Source: Fistulifera solaris (lineage: Eukaryota). Taken from it: 64,000 nucleotides of DNA. Positions 37,355 through 49,248 of this stretch are shown here, piece by piece. The stretch is taken from NCBI GenBank assembly GCA_030295235.1, contig AP026124.1:1860001-1924000 (forward strand), given 5' to 3'. Numbering within the stretch: position 1 is the stretch's first letter; the number at the start of each line of letters is the position of its first letter. The position numbers and the translations under genes were made by a program. Below the pieces are notes generated by a model. It searched no databases and had not been told where the DNA came from. It worked only from the letters and a program-made list of their open reading frames with translations.

Positions 37355-40300
37355 ATGGCGGACGAGTTAGAGGATTTGTTCGGTGCGTTTGATGGCGAAA
37401 ACGATAATGCGTCGAGCCATGAGCAGGAACCGGATTTGAAGAAGCTTCGCGTCGCTCAAGAGCATGCGAACGAAAATACTGATACGGAAAAACAAAAATC
37501 ATCATCCAACTTTGCTTCCATCATGGCGCAGCCGATTGTATCACATCTGTCTTCAACATCTAATATTGCAAAACCTGCGGCTTCTGGGGCAGCCAAGGTT
37601 ACCGAAACCGAAGGAGAAACGAAACGAGAAATCGCTACAGGTACCTCACACGATAAATCAGTACGATCGTACTCGGCATATCCCAAAAATTTACCTCCTG
37701 GGCACGAATTACCCAAAGTAGAACCACCGAAAGAACCGGCAAAAACCTATTCCTTCGAACTCGATCCCTTCCAGGCACAAGCCGTTGGTTACATTGATAA
37801 AGAGGAATCCGTCCTCGTCGCTGCACACACATCCGCCGGTAAAACGGCAGTGGCCGAATATGCCGTCGCCAAGAGTTTGAAACAGGGACAACGAGTCGTT
37901 TACACGTCTCCCATAAAAGCGTTGTCGAATCAAAAGTTTCGTGACTTGCAGGAAGAGTTTTCCGACGTAGGGCTCATGACGGGTGACATCACCATCAATC
38001 CGACCGCCACGGCACTGGTCATGACGACCGAAATTTTGCGATCCATGCTGTATCGAGGGAGTGAACTGATGCGCGAAGTTGCGTGGGTGATTTATGATGA
38101 AGTGCATTACATGCGTGATTCAGAGCGCGGTGTCGTGTGGGAAGAATCCATTATTCTTTTGCCCCACCGCGTGCGGTTCGTCTTTTGTCCGCCACCATTC
38201 CCAATGCGAGCCAGTTTGCGGAATGGATCGCGGCAATCCATCATCAGCCGTGTCATGTAGTGTATACCAATTATCGCCCCACGCCTCTGCAACATTACAT
38301 TTTTCCTTCCGGTGGTGAAGGCCTTCATTTGGTCGTCGACGATAAAGGTGCGTTCCGGCAGGCCAATTTTCAAAAAGCAATGGCCTCGTTGCAATCGGGG
38401 TCCGTGAATGTGGCGGCTGCAGAGGCTATGTTAAATTCGGGAAATGGAAAGAAGAACAATAAGAGGAATGGCGGCAAAAAAGGCAGTGGGACCTTTCATG
38501 ATCTTAAGCGAATCGTAAAACTCGTCATGGAACGGAATTTGAATCCTGTCATTGTCTTCTCTTTCTCGAAAAAAGACTGTGAAAAGTTTGCCCTGGCGCT
38601 CAAGGAAGAGGAATACAATGACGATGTTGAAAAGACTTGATCTCGCGAGTATATCACAATGCGATTGACTCACTCAGCGAGGACGACCAGAAACTTCCCC
38701 AAGTGCAAGCTCTGTTGCCCTTACTGAAGAAAGGCATTGGTATTCATCACGGTGGTCTACTGCCGATTCTGAAGGAGATTGTGGAGATTTTGTTTTCCGA
38801 AGGTCTGATTAAGATTCTTTTGCAACCGAAACATTTGCAATCGGTATTAACATGCCCGCCAAGACTGTCGTCTTTACTAACACGCGCAAATGGGACGGTA
38901 AAGACATGCGATGGCTCACAAGTGGAGAATACATTCAAATGTCGGGTCGAGCAGGCCGTCGTGGGAAAGACGACCGCGGCATCGTCATACAAATGCTCGA
39001 TGAGAAGATGGAACCGGCAGTTTGTAAATCCATTCTGTATGGAGACCCTGATCCTCTCAACTCGAGTTATAGGATCTCGTACAATATGTTGCTGAACTTG
39101 ATGAGAGTTGAAGATGTGGACCCAGAATATCTATTGCGCGCATCGTTTCATCAGTTTCAACGTGAACAGGACGCACCCGCTCTTCTGTCTCAAGCCGAGG
39201 AACTGGAGCAAGAGGCCGAGAATATAACTGTCGGCGATAATGATGATGAAAATAGATTAGCTAGCGAGTACTTCAACATGGAGCATCAGCTATTTCTGAC
39301 GAGGCAAAGTATAACCAAAACAATCCAGAATCCGGACTATATTTGGAAGTTTCTCAATACTCCTGGGCGCATGTTAGATGTCTCTATCGACGGCGATTTT
39401 TATGGTTGGGGCGTTCTCGTATCGTCGTCGAGCAAGCGAATCCCTGGTACACCTCATCAACAGTATGCCCTCGATGTTCTACTAGGATGCATGGATCGTC
39501 AGTTCGACACAGATATTTCAAAACGGAAGGGAGCAGACGAGGACGCTGAGAACGTTTCTTTGCTTTGGAGGGGGAATCCTGTCACTTGTCGTCCGGTGAC
39601 GGCTGCCGATAAGGAAGACCTTGTCAAGAAGAAGCTAATATCCATGCGCGTCTTTACTGTCGGATTACAGCAACTCCAGAGACTGTCTGCCATTCGTATT
39701 CACGTCCCACAGAATGTTCAGCTTCCCGAGGCACGAAACAAGGTCGCCAAGGCCGTTGAAGAAGTTATGAAGCGGTTTCCTGAAGGCATACCTTTGTTAG
39801 ATGCTGTGGAAGATTTGGGAATTAAGGACGATGCGTTTCAAGCGCACCTCAAGCGAGCAGAGACTTTGTCGGCGCTCATGTCCAAACACGCTCTAGCGAC
39901 CGATTTCGATGAAGCGAAGCGCACTGTGCTCATCAGAACCTACGAGAAGAAGCTGGACATTCAGAGACAAGCAAAAGCGTATCGTGACGAAGCACGAGGC
40001 TTTCAAACCATGGCAATGAAGGACGATTTGAAACGCATGAAAAGAGTGCTAAAGAAGCTTGGACATGTTGACGCCTCAGGAGTAATTCAAACAAAAGGAA
40101 GAGCAGCATGCGAGATAAATACAGCCAACGAGCTTGTCGTCGTGGAAATGATTTTTGCTGGAGTATTTAACGACTTGTCACCCGAGCAGTGTGTTTCCTT
40201 GCTATCCTGCCTCACGTTTTCTGAACCATCAAAAGACGAGGGGGACCCGGCCCAAGGCTTGAAGAGCTTCCTATCCAACCCCTTTTACAAACTACAAGAA

Positions 40301-40850
40301 ATTGCAAGAACTGTGGTCCGCGTAGAAGCTTCCTGTGGTATTGAAGTTGACGAAGATGAGTTTGTCGATCAATTTAACCCGGGGATGTAAGTAGTCGGTG
40401 CAAATGCCTCGTTCTTGTGTGATGATTATTGTTTTCTGTCGTTCCTTTCGAATTGTTGGAGCCGCGGTTTTGTACTGGAGCTCGCAAGGAGAAGCCGGGA
40501 ACGATCCTATATTTATGAGGAATATAAAGCGACCATACTCTCTGAGCACTCAAAAGGGTTTTGCTATACGTTTGCTTCGACGCTGCTTCCGTACTCACTT
40601 GATTTTCTTCAAATACAGGATGGAAGCCGTGTTCGCGTGGTGCAAGGGGGTGAAATTTGTTGAAGTGCAAAAACTTACCGAGTCCTTTGAGGGAACCACG
40701 ATCCGAACCCTTCGTCGGGTGGAAGAACTTGTTCGACAAATCGCAGTTGCGGCAAAATCGATAGGTAACTATGAGCTTCAGTCCAAGTTTGAGAAGGGAA
40801 GTGAACTTGTCAAGCGCGATATCGTATTTTGCAGTTCATTGTACCTTTAA
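37355..40850 (+). CDS. MTR4: Exosome RNA helicase MTR4 (intron 40387-40618; frameshifts ~38185, ~38635, ~38820)
   Basis: [35 protein letters not shown], arch domain, C-terminal [12 protein letters not shown]. Confidence 0.95.
40415..40549 (+). ncRNA. Candidate intronic box C/D snoRNA
   Basis: C box GTGATGA 40419-40425; D box CTGA 40542-40545; 12-nt GCGACCATACTC one nt before D is complementary to conserved 18S GAGUAUGGUCGC (recalled from memory); host intron is 232 nt versus about 60-130 nt for other introns here. Confidence 0.7.
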
Positions 40851-40995
40851 TTATAGCTGCTTACATGATAAACCCTTTCTTTGTGCTTCTATGACGTAGC
40901 TTGATTACATTCAAAAACCTTTTTTTGAACTTTGGCTTAGTTTTGCAAAGATCATAGTTGGATCCATTTCCAAGTTTCCAGACACCATTGACACA

Positions 40996-43117
40996 CTACC
41001 AGTCCTTCTGCATTTCTATTGTTTTTGCAATCGCCCTGGTCGTTTAATAGCGGCATCAATCAATGCGGAGTTGTGTGTTATTCCTATAACTGCAATCCCA
41101 CCTTCATGTTGACTATTGCCATTAACACCATCCATCTCTGTAAGGAGCGTTGCAAGTACACGATCAAGCGTTCCTTCCGTAGTCGGATCGTTTCCACGAA
41201 CTGCCGCAATATTTTCGATACCTTCGAGAAGAAGGATACACGGCGATGCTTTCCTTGCGCTGTCAAAAAGTCTCTGAACTGCTCGTTCGGATCCACCGAC
41301 TTCTTTGTGAATCAATGATGTACAACTCACATCAAGTATCTTGATCGTCGGCAAAGAGAAACAGCATACTGACCGCAGTCCATTGCAATGCGTGTTTTGC
41401 CACTGCCCGATTCTCCGGTTAACAGCGCCCCGCCAACAACAACTTTCGATGTGAATGTACTGGATCCGACAAGCAACTTTGTTAGTTCCTTTGCTCGACA
41501 CATTGGTATGACAATAGACTCCACCAAAACTTTCCAAGCTAACTTGGAAATATCCCCTTCATAGAGAACGAAAAGCGCTCACTTGAAGTGTTGGTAAAAT
41601 CTCGGGCAGTCAAGACACGCATGTCAACAGAGTCGGCGAGAACTCCAGATTGAACCGACAAAGGAGCAAAAGTGTTCAATCTATTTTTCAGGGAATCGAA
41701 GAATAGCCGAGCAGAAATGTCCCTCATTCCCTGGTTCGACAAATCTTCGAGAGCCTGTCGGCAACACAACACGAGCTCAGCGTAGTTCTTTCCCAAAGTG
41801 GCTTCCACCAAATCATCGAGAATTCGTTCTCGATTTTCGTCCCGCATTGAGACATCATCCTCTACAATGGGTACAAATGAAATCAAAAGCTGTTTGCGCT
41901 CTATTTCGTTGGGAGGTTCCAGATGATGAACGCAATCAAATCTGTTGTAGAGGACATCGGTCTTTCTTGTGGACGTGCATAGAACAAAAATGTTGCTTCC
42001 TCGCTCGGGACGCACTCTCATCATATCTAGGACGCTGAGAAAAGTTGCTGTGGATCGCCTTAATAGCGCACTGAGGTTTCCAGTTGAAGATGCCGACTCT
42101 TTCGTCGACGCTTCCATAAGTATATGATCCAGACCATCCAATACAATCACCACGGGCGTAATGGAAACGCGAGCAGCGTGAAACATAGCAACAACAGTGT
42201 CTTCCGCTTCTCCCACCGCACTTCCTAGAATATCCAGTGGCAAACGAGGACGTATTACTGCAGTCATTGTGAGCTTCTTGTTATTGCAGAAAGATGTGGC
42301 GTATATCTAGAAATTTACCTTGAGAGGACGTTTCTTTCGCCAAAGACGAAATCTGATCGCACAAATGAGTTTTTCCTGATCCCTCTGAACCCACCACCAG
42401 AAGTGTAGTAAATGACGCTGTGACTGTTTCCCTCGCCTCTTGCATGAAGCAACGGACGGCATCAAGAACTCCGTCGGCAGAAGTTACCGCTGGACTCAAC
42501 CTCGAGCACCCTCCCTCCGACCGATTTCTGCTTTCCGTGACCTTTGCTTCGCTAAATGTAAACCATTGCTGCGTTACTGCAGCGTTCTGGCGGTGACAGA
42601 TTGCCACAACTTCTTGAAAATCAACTCGATGCAAGAGATTATATCTGTGGAGACAATGAGTTGTCGACTCGATACAATGGTCGAAGGACTTGTCGTTTGG
42701 ATCGGCACTGTAGTATATTCGATCCAGAGCCACTGTCATTTTTCGCAAACCAGTAGTTTCCAGTGCATGTTGTATTTGATACGCCGAACACAAGGATTCT
42801 TTATTGTAAGTCCAAGCAGTCGGGACCGCCATCTTTGACAATTCGATGAATTCCACATAATCGTCTGCCAATTTTGTTTCGTATTGCATCATCTGATCCC
42901 GACATTTTGCCATGAGTTCTTCCAACTCTAAGAATTCTTGTGCTACAAATGAATTCACATCCCACCAATTGTGACGCGAATAACAGATCCGCAGTGCTTC
43001 CAACAAGTCAATGAGGGTCATCCGCGTCGCATCCACGTAAAATCCGCACAGATCGAGGAGAGCCAGAATTGTGTCGTCATTGTGGTTTTCTCTCTTTCTC
43101 GCTTTTCGCTTTCCCAT
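40996..43117 (-). CDS. Double AAA+ ATPase (CDC48/PEX/SPATA5-like, divergent; intron and frameshifts)
   Basis: Walker A VGSEGSGKT and TGESGSGKT; Walker B-like IVLDGLD and LLLEGIE; LLTEMDG...DAAIKRPGRL. Confidence 0.8.
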
Positions 43118-43593
43118 GCTGGCGCGTCTTCAAACAAAGGTCAAAGATGTTTCCGACGACGACAATTTTCCCTTTCCAGTACACACTAAACAAAGGTACC
43201 TGGTATTGTTTCTTTTCGCAAAAGTCAAAACATGACAAAATATTTGTTGTGGTCGTCCGTCGTCCACTTTCGGGACTGAAAAATGAAACTGAGTCAGTCA
43301 TCGTCGTCTGTCGTCGGCGGTGTCGCAACAACATTCTTCTCCACAGTAATTCTTTCTCCTTTTTCAATTGTTCGCACCACCACTGGAGTATATCAGTAAA
43401 AGTCAGAATGAGTACCGGGGTACCGAGCCGTTGTGCCACTTACGATTACAGTGTCGTGGGTACCGGTTACCGGTACGAGGTACTTCTTGCGGCGACGATG
43501 ATATTTTTTTCGATGTGCGATCAATGCGTTTGACCATGACCATTTATTGAAAGCGGCCGCTCTTCGCCATTCCCATTTCTTTTCTCTTGCGAA

Positions 43594-46119
43594 ATGGCCA
43601 CTCCGCAACCAGGTCAAACGACTCAACAACCGGGAGGTCCTCCCGGAGATAGCTATTTTACCGAGTCGCGCAAGGGCGAAATCAATGAGTTGCGCAACTT
43701 GTTGCGGGGCTTTGCGACGGAGCGTGATCCGATGCGCAAGCGTGATATTATCAAAAAAGTGCTAGCTTATATGACGTTAGGTATTGATGTGTCTCGTTTG
43801 TTTACGGAGATGATGTTGGCGATTGAAACGAGGTACGTATGGGACAAAAAGATAAGGAAGGAACGGTCACGAAGCGTCCGTCTTCAAAACAAGGACATGA
43901 CTTATCTTGTACACTTCCGTCGTTGACAGGGATCTGGTCATTAAGAAAATGATTTACCTTTATTTGACAAATTATGCTCGAACGCACCCCGAATTGGCGC
44001 AGATGTGTACCAACACACTCACGAAAGATTGTGCCAATGATGATCCGATGGTGCGGGGACTCGCGTTGCGCGCCTTGTGTGGTCTCAATTTACCCCAGAT
44101 GGTTGAATACATCAGTGAACCGTTGCGCCGTTCCCTATCGGATGGTCATGCTTACGTTCGGAAAACAGCCGTCATGGGGGTGTTGAAGCTGTATCATTTG
44201 GATCGTGAGACGTTCGAATCTTGCGGGTTTGTCGATATTCTCTACGATATGTTACGCGATCCGGATGCCAGCGTGGTTGTCAATTGTGTCATCTGTCTCA
44301 ATGAAGTTATGCAAAAGTCACCGGCGGGAGGAATGGCGATCAATCGGGCCATCATGTTGCATTTGCTCAATCGCATTCATGAATTCAACGAATTCGCGCA
44401 AGTACAAATTCTGGAGTTGGTGCCTCGCTATATTCCTGCCAATGAAGAAGAAGGATATCAGATTATGAACTTATTAGATCCGGTATTATCAACGTCGGGA
44501 AGTGGTGCGGTTATGGCGACAGTTCATGCTTTCTTAAGCTTGGCCGATCAAGTGGTTGGTGACGATGAACATAAGCTGCAAATGAAACGACAAATTGTGG
44601 AGCGAGTAAAGCCGTCTCTCGTCACCCAAATTTCATCAGGATCGTCCGAAATGATGTATACGCTTCTTAAGCATGTCGAAACATTGGCTGAGGCGTGCCC
44701 AGGTGTCTTTGATGACGAGTATCGTCAGTTTTATGTGCGATACAATGAACCGACCCACGTCAAGTACCTGAAACTGGCGGTTTTACCGCGTCTGGCGAAC
44801 CCGGATACAGCACCCGATATTGTGTCTGAGTTGGCGGAATGTGTACACGACTCCAATGTGAAAATGAGCCGTCTGGCTGTTCGGAGCATGGCGCGGATCG
44901 CTTGTGGAGGAACGGGCGGTCCAGGCGCTGCGGAAGCCATTGCCCGCCGATTGCTGGAGCTTTTGGATTTGAATGTAGAGCATGTTAGTAGTGAAGCGGC
45001 TTCTGCTTTGACACTTATTGTCCGCAAGCATCCTACCTTGAAACCAATGGTAGCGCCACCGCTCACGCGCAGTCTCAAATACATTACAGAACCGAGCGGT
45101 CGTGCTTCAGTTCTGTATCTGCTGGGTGATTGTGGCGACATGGTTCCTGCCGCGCCGTATGCATTAGAGAAATTGATTGACTCATACGATAGCTTGGAAG
45201 ACGCGGGGGTGAAGTTGGCACTTTTGACAACTACGATGAAACTCTTCTTACAGCAGAATCGAGCACCTGAAGTGCAACACATGCTAGGTAGACTGTTGGC
45301 AAAAGCCTGCGACGATGTATCTTCCCAGGATTTACACGATCGGGCGCTGCAGTACTACCGACTTCTTCGGAACGCAGATCTACATACTCTACAAACAACC
45401 ATACCCCAGCTTAAAGCCAATTATATACCTGAGCACGTGCCTTTTGCTGAAGAAGATGACAGCGCCCGTCAAAAACTACTTGTGGAAGAATTTAACACAT
45501 TGTCGGTTTTGTACGGGAAACCATCTGTTCACTTCATTGCCCCTGAATACCAAGTAAAGTATGTTAAGATGCCCGCAGAACATCCACTCAGTCCTGGGGC
45601 CCCGTCAGCACAGCAACTCGAAACGTCAGTGCTCCACCAAGAACAGCCAGTCGCCGCTAGTGCACCTGCTTATGCTGATGTTGATTTGTTGGGCTTTGGA
45701 GATGGACCATTGGCATCACAGACGCCCAGCGTAACACAACCGGTTTCGTCTCTGTCCCTCAATCCGTCGGTAAATTTGAGTGGTGATGATTATCAAAGTC
45801 GCTGGGAGGGAATCTCTGATAACGATGCCCACGTCTCTGCCATTCCGATGGGAATGAGCAGCATTACTACGGATTCGGTCGAAGCAGCCCTAGCTAGTGT
45901 TCATGTGCGGACAATTGCCAGCGGAGAATTGCCGACGGAATTCAAGTTCTTTTGTATGCACAGGAGTCGACTTCAGGAATGCTGTTCTTGATCCAGGGCA
46001 ATATCGAGAAACAATCAGCAGAGCCGCTCATGATTGCTACTATTAAAGTTACGGGAGACATGGCGAGCAGTGAATTGATCAACCAGTTGATAAGCACCAT
46101 GACGACGGCTTTGCAATAA
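43594..46119 (+). CDS. Beta-adaptin, most like AP-4 beta (intron 43833-43929; frameshift ~45950)
   Basis: KKVLAYMTLGIDVS, DPMVRGLALRAL, FYVRYNEPTHVK, DLHDRALQYYRLL, EFNTLSVLYGKP; short single appendage domain. Confidence 0.88.
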
Positions 46120-46181
46120 ATGCGGTGTCGTTAACAGCAAAACTTATAAACATTTTGGGTTTATCCTAGATTTTCTTTTAC

Positions 46182-47951
46182 TCAAGCTCGCTCCATGTTC
46201 TGCAAAATCGCAGACGCTATGTACCTACCCCAAAAATCATATCTGGAAGAGCGTCAGAAAGACAGATGTTTTAGAGCTTCGAACAAAAACTACTTACCCA
46301 TGATCACTAGGGTGAATTCCGTCGCATGATACCATAGAAGAGCCAAAACTGGCGGCGTTTCCGTTAAAGTAGTTCGATACTTCTACTTCGTCGTCCACAA
46401 GCTCGTAGAAGACCAACTCATCGGCTTCTTCTGCCCCCAAGAACCAATTGTGATAATGCTTTCGCATCAAAAGCTCGACCGCACTTTTGCGTCCGGCATC
46501 CGAGGACTCGTTCAATTGCAATAATACCACACTTTTATTGAAACGATCCCATAGTGGTCCATGACCTAATTCTATCTCTGCTACTTCCTCTTTTGAAGGG
46601 GCGTCTACGAAAAGCACCAAATCAGGATACATTCTTGACATGAGATACTTGACGTGATCCATTCTGCGGAAGACAAAACCAAACAACCAGCCCAGTGGAG
46701 CGATCTGGTATGGTTCGATGGGTATGAGTGGAAGGGCTGGGAATACCACCAAAGGATAGGACGAATATTCACCTAACCGCTTTCTTAAGACATGTCGAAT
46801 CTGTTCACTCTGTGTTTGAGAATCTTCTACGTCTAAAATCGGCGGTAGCGGGATTTTAACGCCCATTTTTGTTGCAGAGCGCTCACAATACGAATCAAGG
46901 TACCTTTGAAGCCTTTCAGCTGATCGTCCGGATCAGACTCAACAGCTTTCCTAATTTCTCTGGCACGCTCGGCTGACATCATAAATGGCAGAAATGCATC
47001 TTTGATATCATTCAAACCTGTAAGAACCACAGCGATATCATACTGGCCCACTACATGCGGGTCTAGAGTTGTACGGCGTATCAATGATCGTCTCTTCTGG
47101 AACTCTTCTGCGGGTGGCATCGGTTGCTGCATACGACGAAATCTCTGTAAGACACGCTGCAAATCTTGCTTTATTCTTCGCTTGATCCATCGACGGTACC
47201 GACGACTGTTCGCCCCATCCTCTTTATCAGATTCGTCTTGATCTCTGCTAAATTCCTCGAGCCACTCCTCTGCACTTTTCTGCGCAGCCTCCAAACGCTT
47301 CCTAGCTCGCTCCCGCGATTCGCTCTGCCACTGCGCTAAACGGTTTAGCACCAGAGGAAAACTTCTTCCTATTTCTTCATCACCAGCATCTGATGAATGA
47401 CTCCCAAGTTTCCGAATATCCTCGATCAACAATGCGGAAGGAATACCGGGAGTCCCAATACACGTCCAATAAACAGCTCTCCCATTCATCGCCTGAGATA
47501 GGACCTGAGCGATCGAATCCGGTAATAATGGCGCATGAGATTCTCGAATACCCACTCCAGCCGCTAGCGAATCTCCAATCACAAGTAATCTTAACGGCTT
47601 TTCATGTCGGTGATCCGGAGCTTTTTGAATGCTTTATTATTGAACGACAGATTCAACATGTCTCTCTTGCCGGAACTGATATTGTCGCTATGATCCGGGT
47701 CGTACGGATTGGAACTTACTACCACGAGTCCGCTACACGGAACATCCGGTCTGGGTGCATCTCCGTGCTTTCTGCGGTATTCTTGGGATAGTTGAGAACG
47801 CACTGAAAGTACGAGAAAAGAGGACGCGAGATTCGATCAACTTCTTACCGTACAAAAGCAACGCGCCCTGCAGGATGGATATGGTGGGAATGGATATCGC
47901 CATACCCAAGGACCAGCTCTTTAAGGCTTCCCGAAAAGCAGGATGGTTCAT
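46182..47951 (-). CDS. SGNH/GDSL hydrolase family protein (multi-exon)
   Basis: Block I GDSLAAG, block III TGLND, block V DGIHP; last exon GYDFWGRYIASAIL. Confidence 0.85.
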
Positions 47952-48475
47952 TGTTGGATGTTTCTTAAGTTGTGAAGAAGAGATGAGTATATTCGAAAGC
48001 GAGAAATCAAGCGTTTTTTATGTTGATAGTCGCGGTTTTTCCTCTTTTCGGTACATTTCTGGACTCGTGAACAGAATCAGGGACGACGACTCCTCACTCC
48101 TGAATGGAGTGTCTATATCCGGATTGTCCTTTCATCTATATATAGTTTCTACGGCGTCAACGTAATATACATATGGTAGACATTCGAAGCCATTGCATCG
48201 TTCGTCTCATTGAGAAGTCGGATATGGTTCTATGGAATAAACTTATCATGTTGTTGATGAAAGAGACAGGACTATATTGGTGCGAGATGGACCCGAATAA
48301 TGATGTGTTTGAAATCAACAATATCCGGGTTTTCCTTACATCGTTTGTTACTGGTTACGGTACCGGTACGTAGTACCTACGGCGGCGGCTATCACTTCCG
48401 TGGAAATCGTGTCGACTTTCGAAGCATCGTGACTTTGCTCTTTATGTTCTCCATTGCTTAGAGCGGTCAATCACA

Positions 48476-49164
48476 ATGATCGTTGCTTTAATATTCGTTC
48501 TAGTTCTATTCAATAATTTACTGACTGCGACTACGTCCAGCCAACCGGTTGAACTCGGGACAACGCTGGTGGCTTTGCGATATCGTGACGGTGTAATTGT
48601 CGGCGCCGACAGTCGCACTTCGGTAGGTTCCTATGTCAGTCATCGTGCTGCGCAAAAGCTCGACGCAATTGGTGATTACTGTGTTATGGCGCGATCCGGA
48701 AGCGCCGCCGATACGCAAGCTTTGGCGGTTGAAGCGAATCAACATTTTCAGGCACGATCTTATGGGGTTGTCCACCCACCGTATCGCAGATTGCCCATTG
48801 GTTGCGACAAAAAACGTACGGGAAAGGCAAATCGGTAAGCTTGATATTAGCAGGCTACGATCCTATCGAAAAACGGAATTGTTTGTTTTCGATAGCACAA
48901 ACCGGTGCTTTACTGGAACATACAGAGCCATTTGTTGCGGCCGGATCTGGGTCGTCCCTCATCATGGGATTTTTGGATCACGCATGTGTCAGGGAACTGG
49001 ACGAAAGTGAAGCCATAAAATTATGCGTGACAGCATTGAAACTAGCCATGGAGAGAGACGGAAGTTCGGGAGGATTGTGTAGACTTGCAATTATCAGTTC
49101 AGAAGGGACCAGACAGCTGACTTTTCTCCCAAATGATATTCAAACTACATTGAAGACTCGGTAG
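48476..49164 (+). CDS. 20S proteasome beta1-type subunit with N-terminal signal peptide (frameshift ~48765)
   Basis: ELG|TTLVALRYRDGVIVGADSRTS.GSY, RSGSAADTQ, AGSGS, ERDGSSGG. Confidence 0.88.
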
Positions 49165-49248
49165 CGATGCTATCACAGTCTGACTCGCGACGATTGTCAT
49201 GAATTTCTTCTATTTTACATACATTGACGCTTCACTTACAAGGCGATA

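Noticed and set aside
33300..38830. Programmed frameshifting or pseudogenisation of SPT5 and MTR4
   Set aside because: Shifts fall mostly in homopolymers across many essential genes; assembly error is more parsimonious
40529..40600. U3 snoRNA starting at GCGACCATACTC
   Set aside because: No box A/B/C downstream and too little room before the exon; the motif instead abuts a D box
25971..40850. Functional cluster of RNA-processing genes (BOP1, SPT5, FAM172A, MTR4)
   Set aside because: Mixed orientation among unrelated housekeeping genes; plausible by chance in a compact genome
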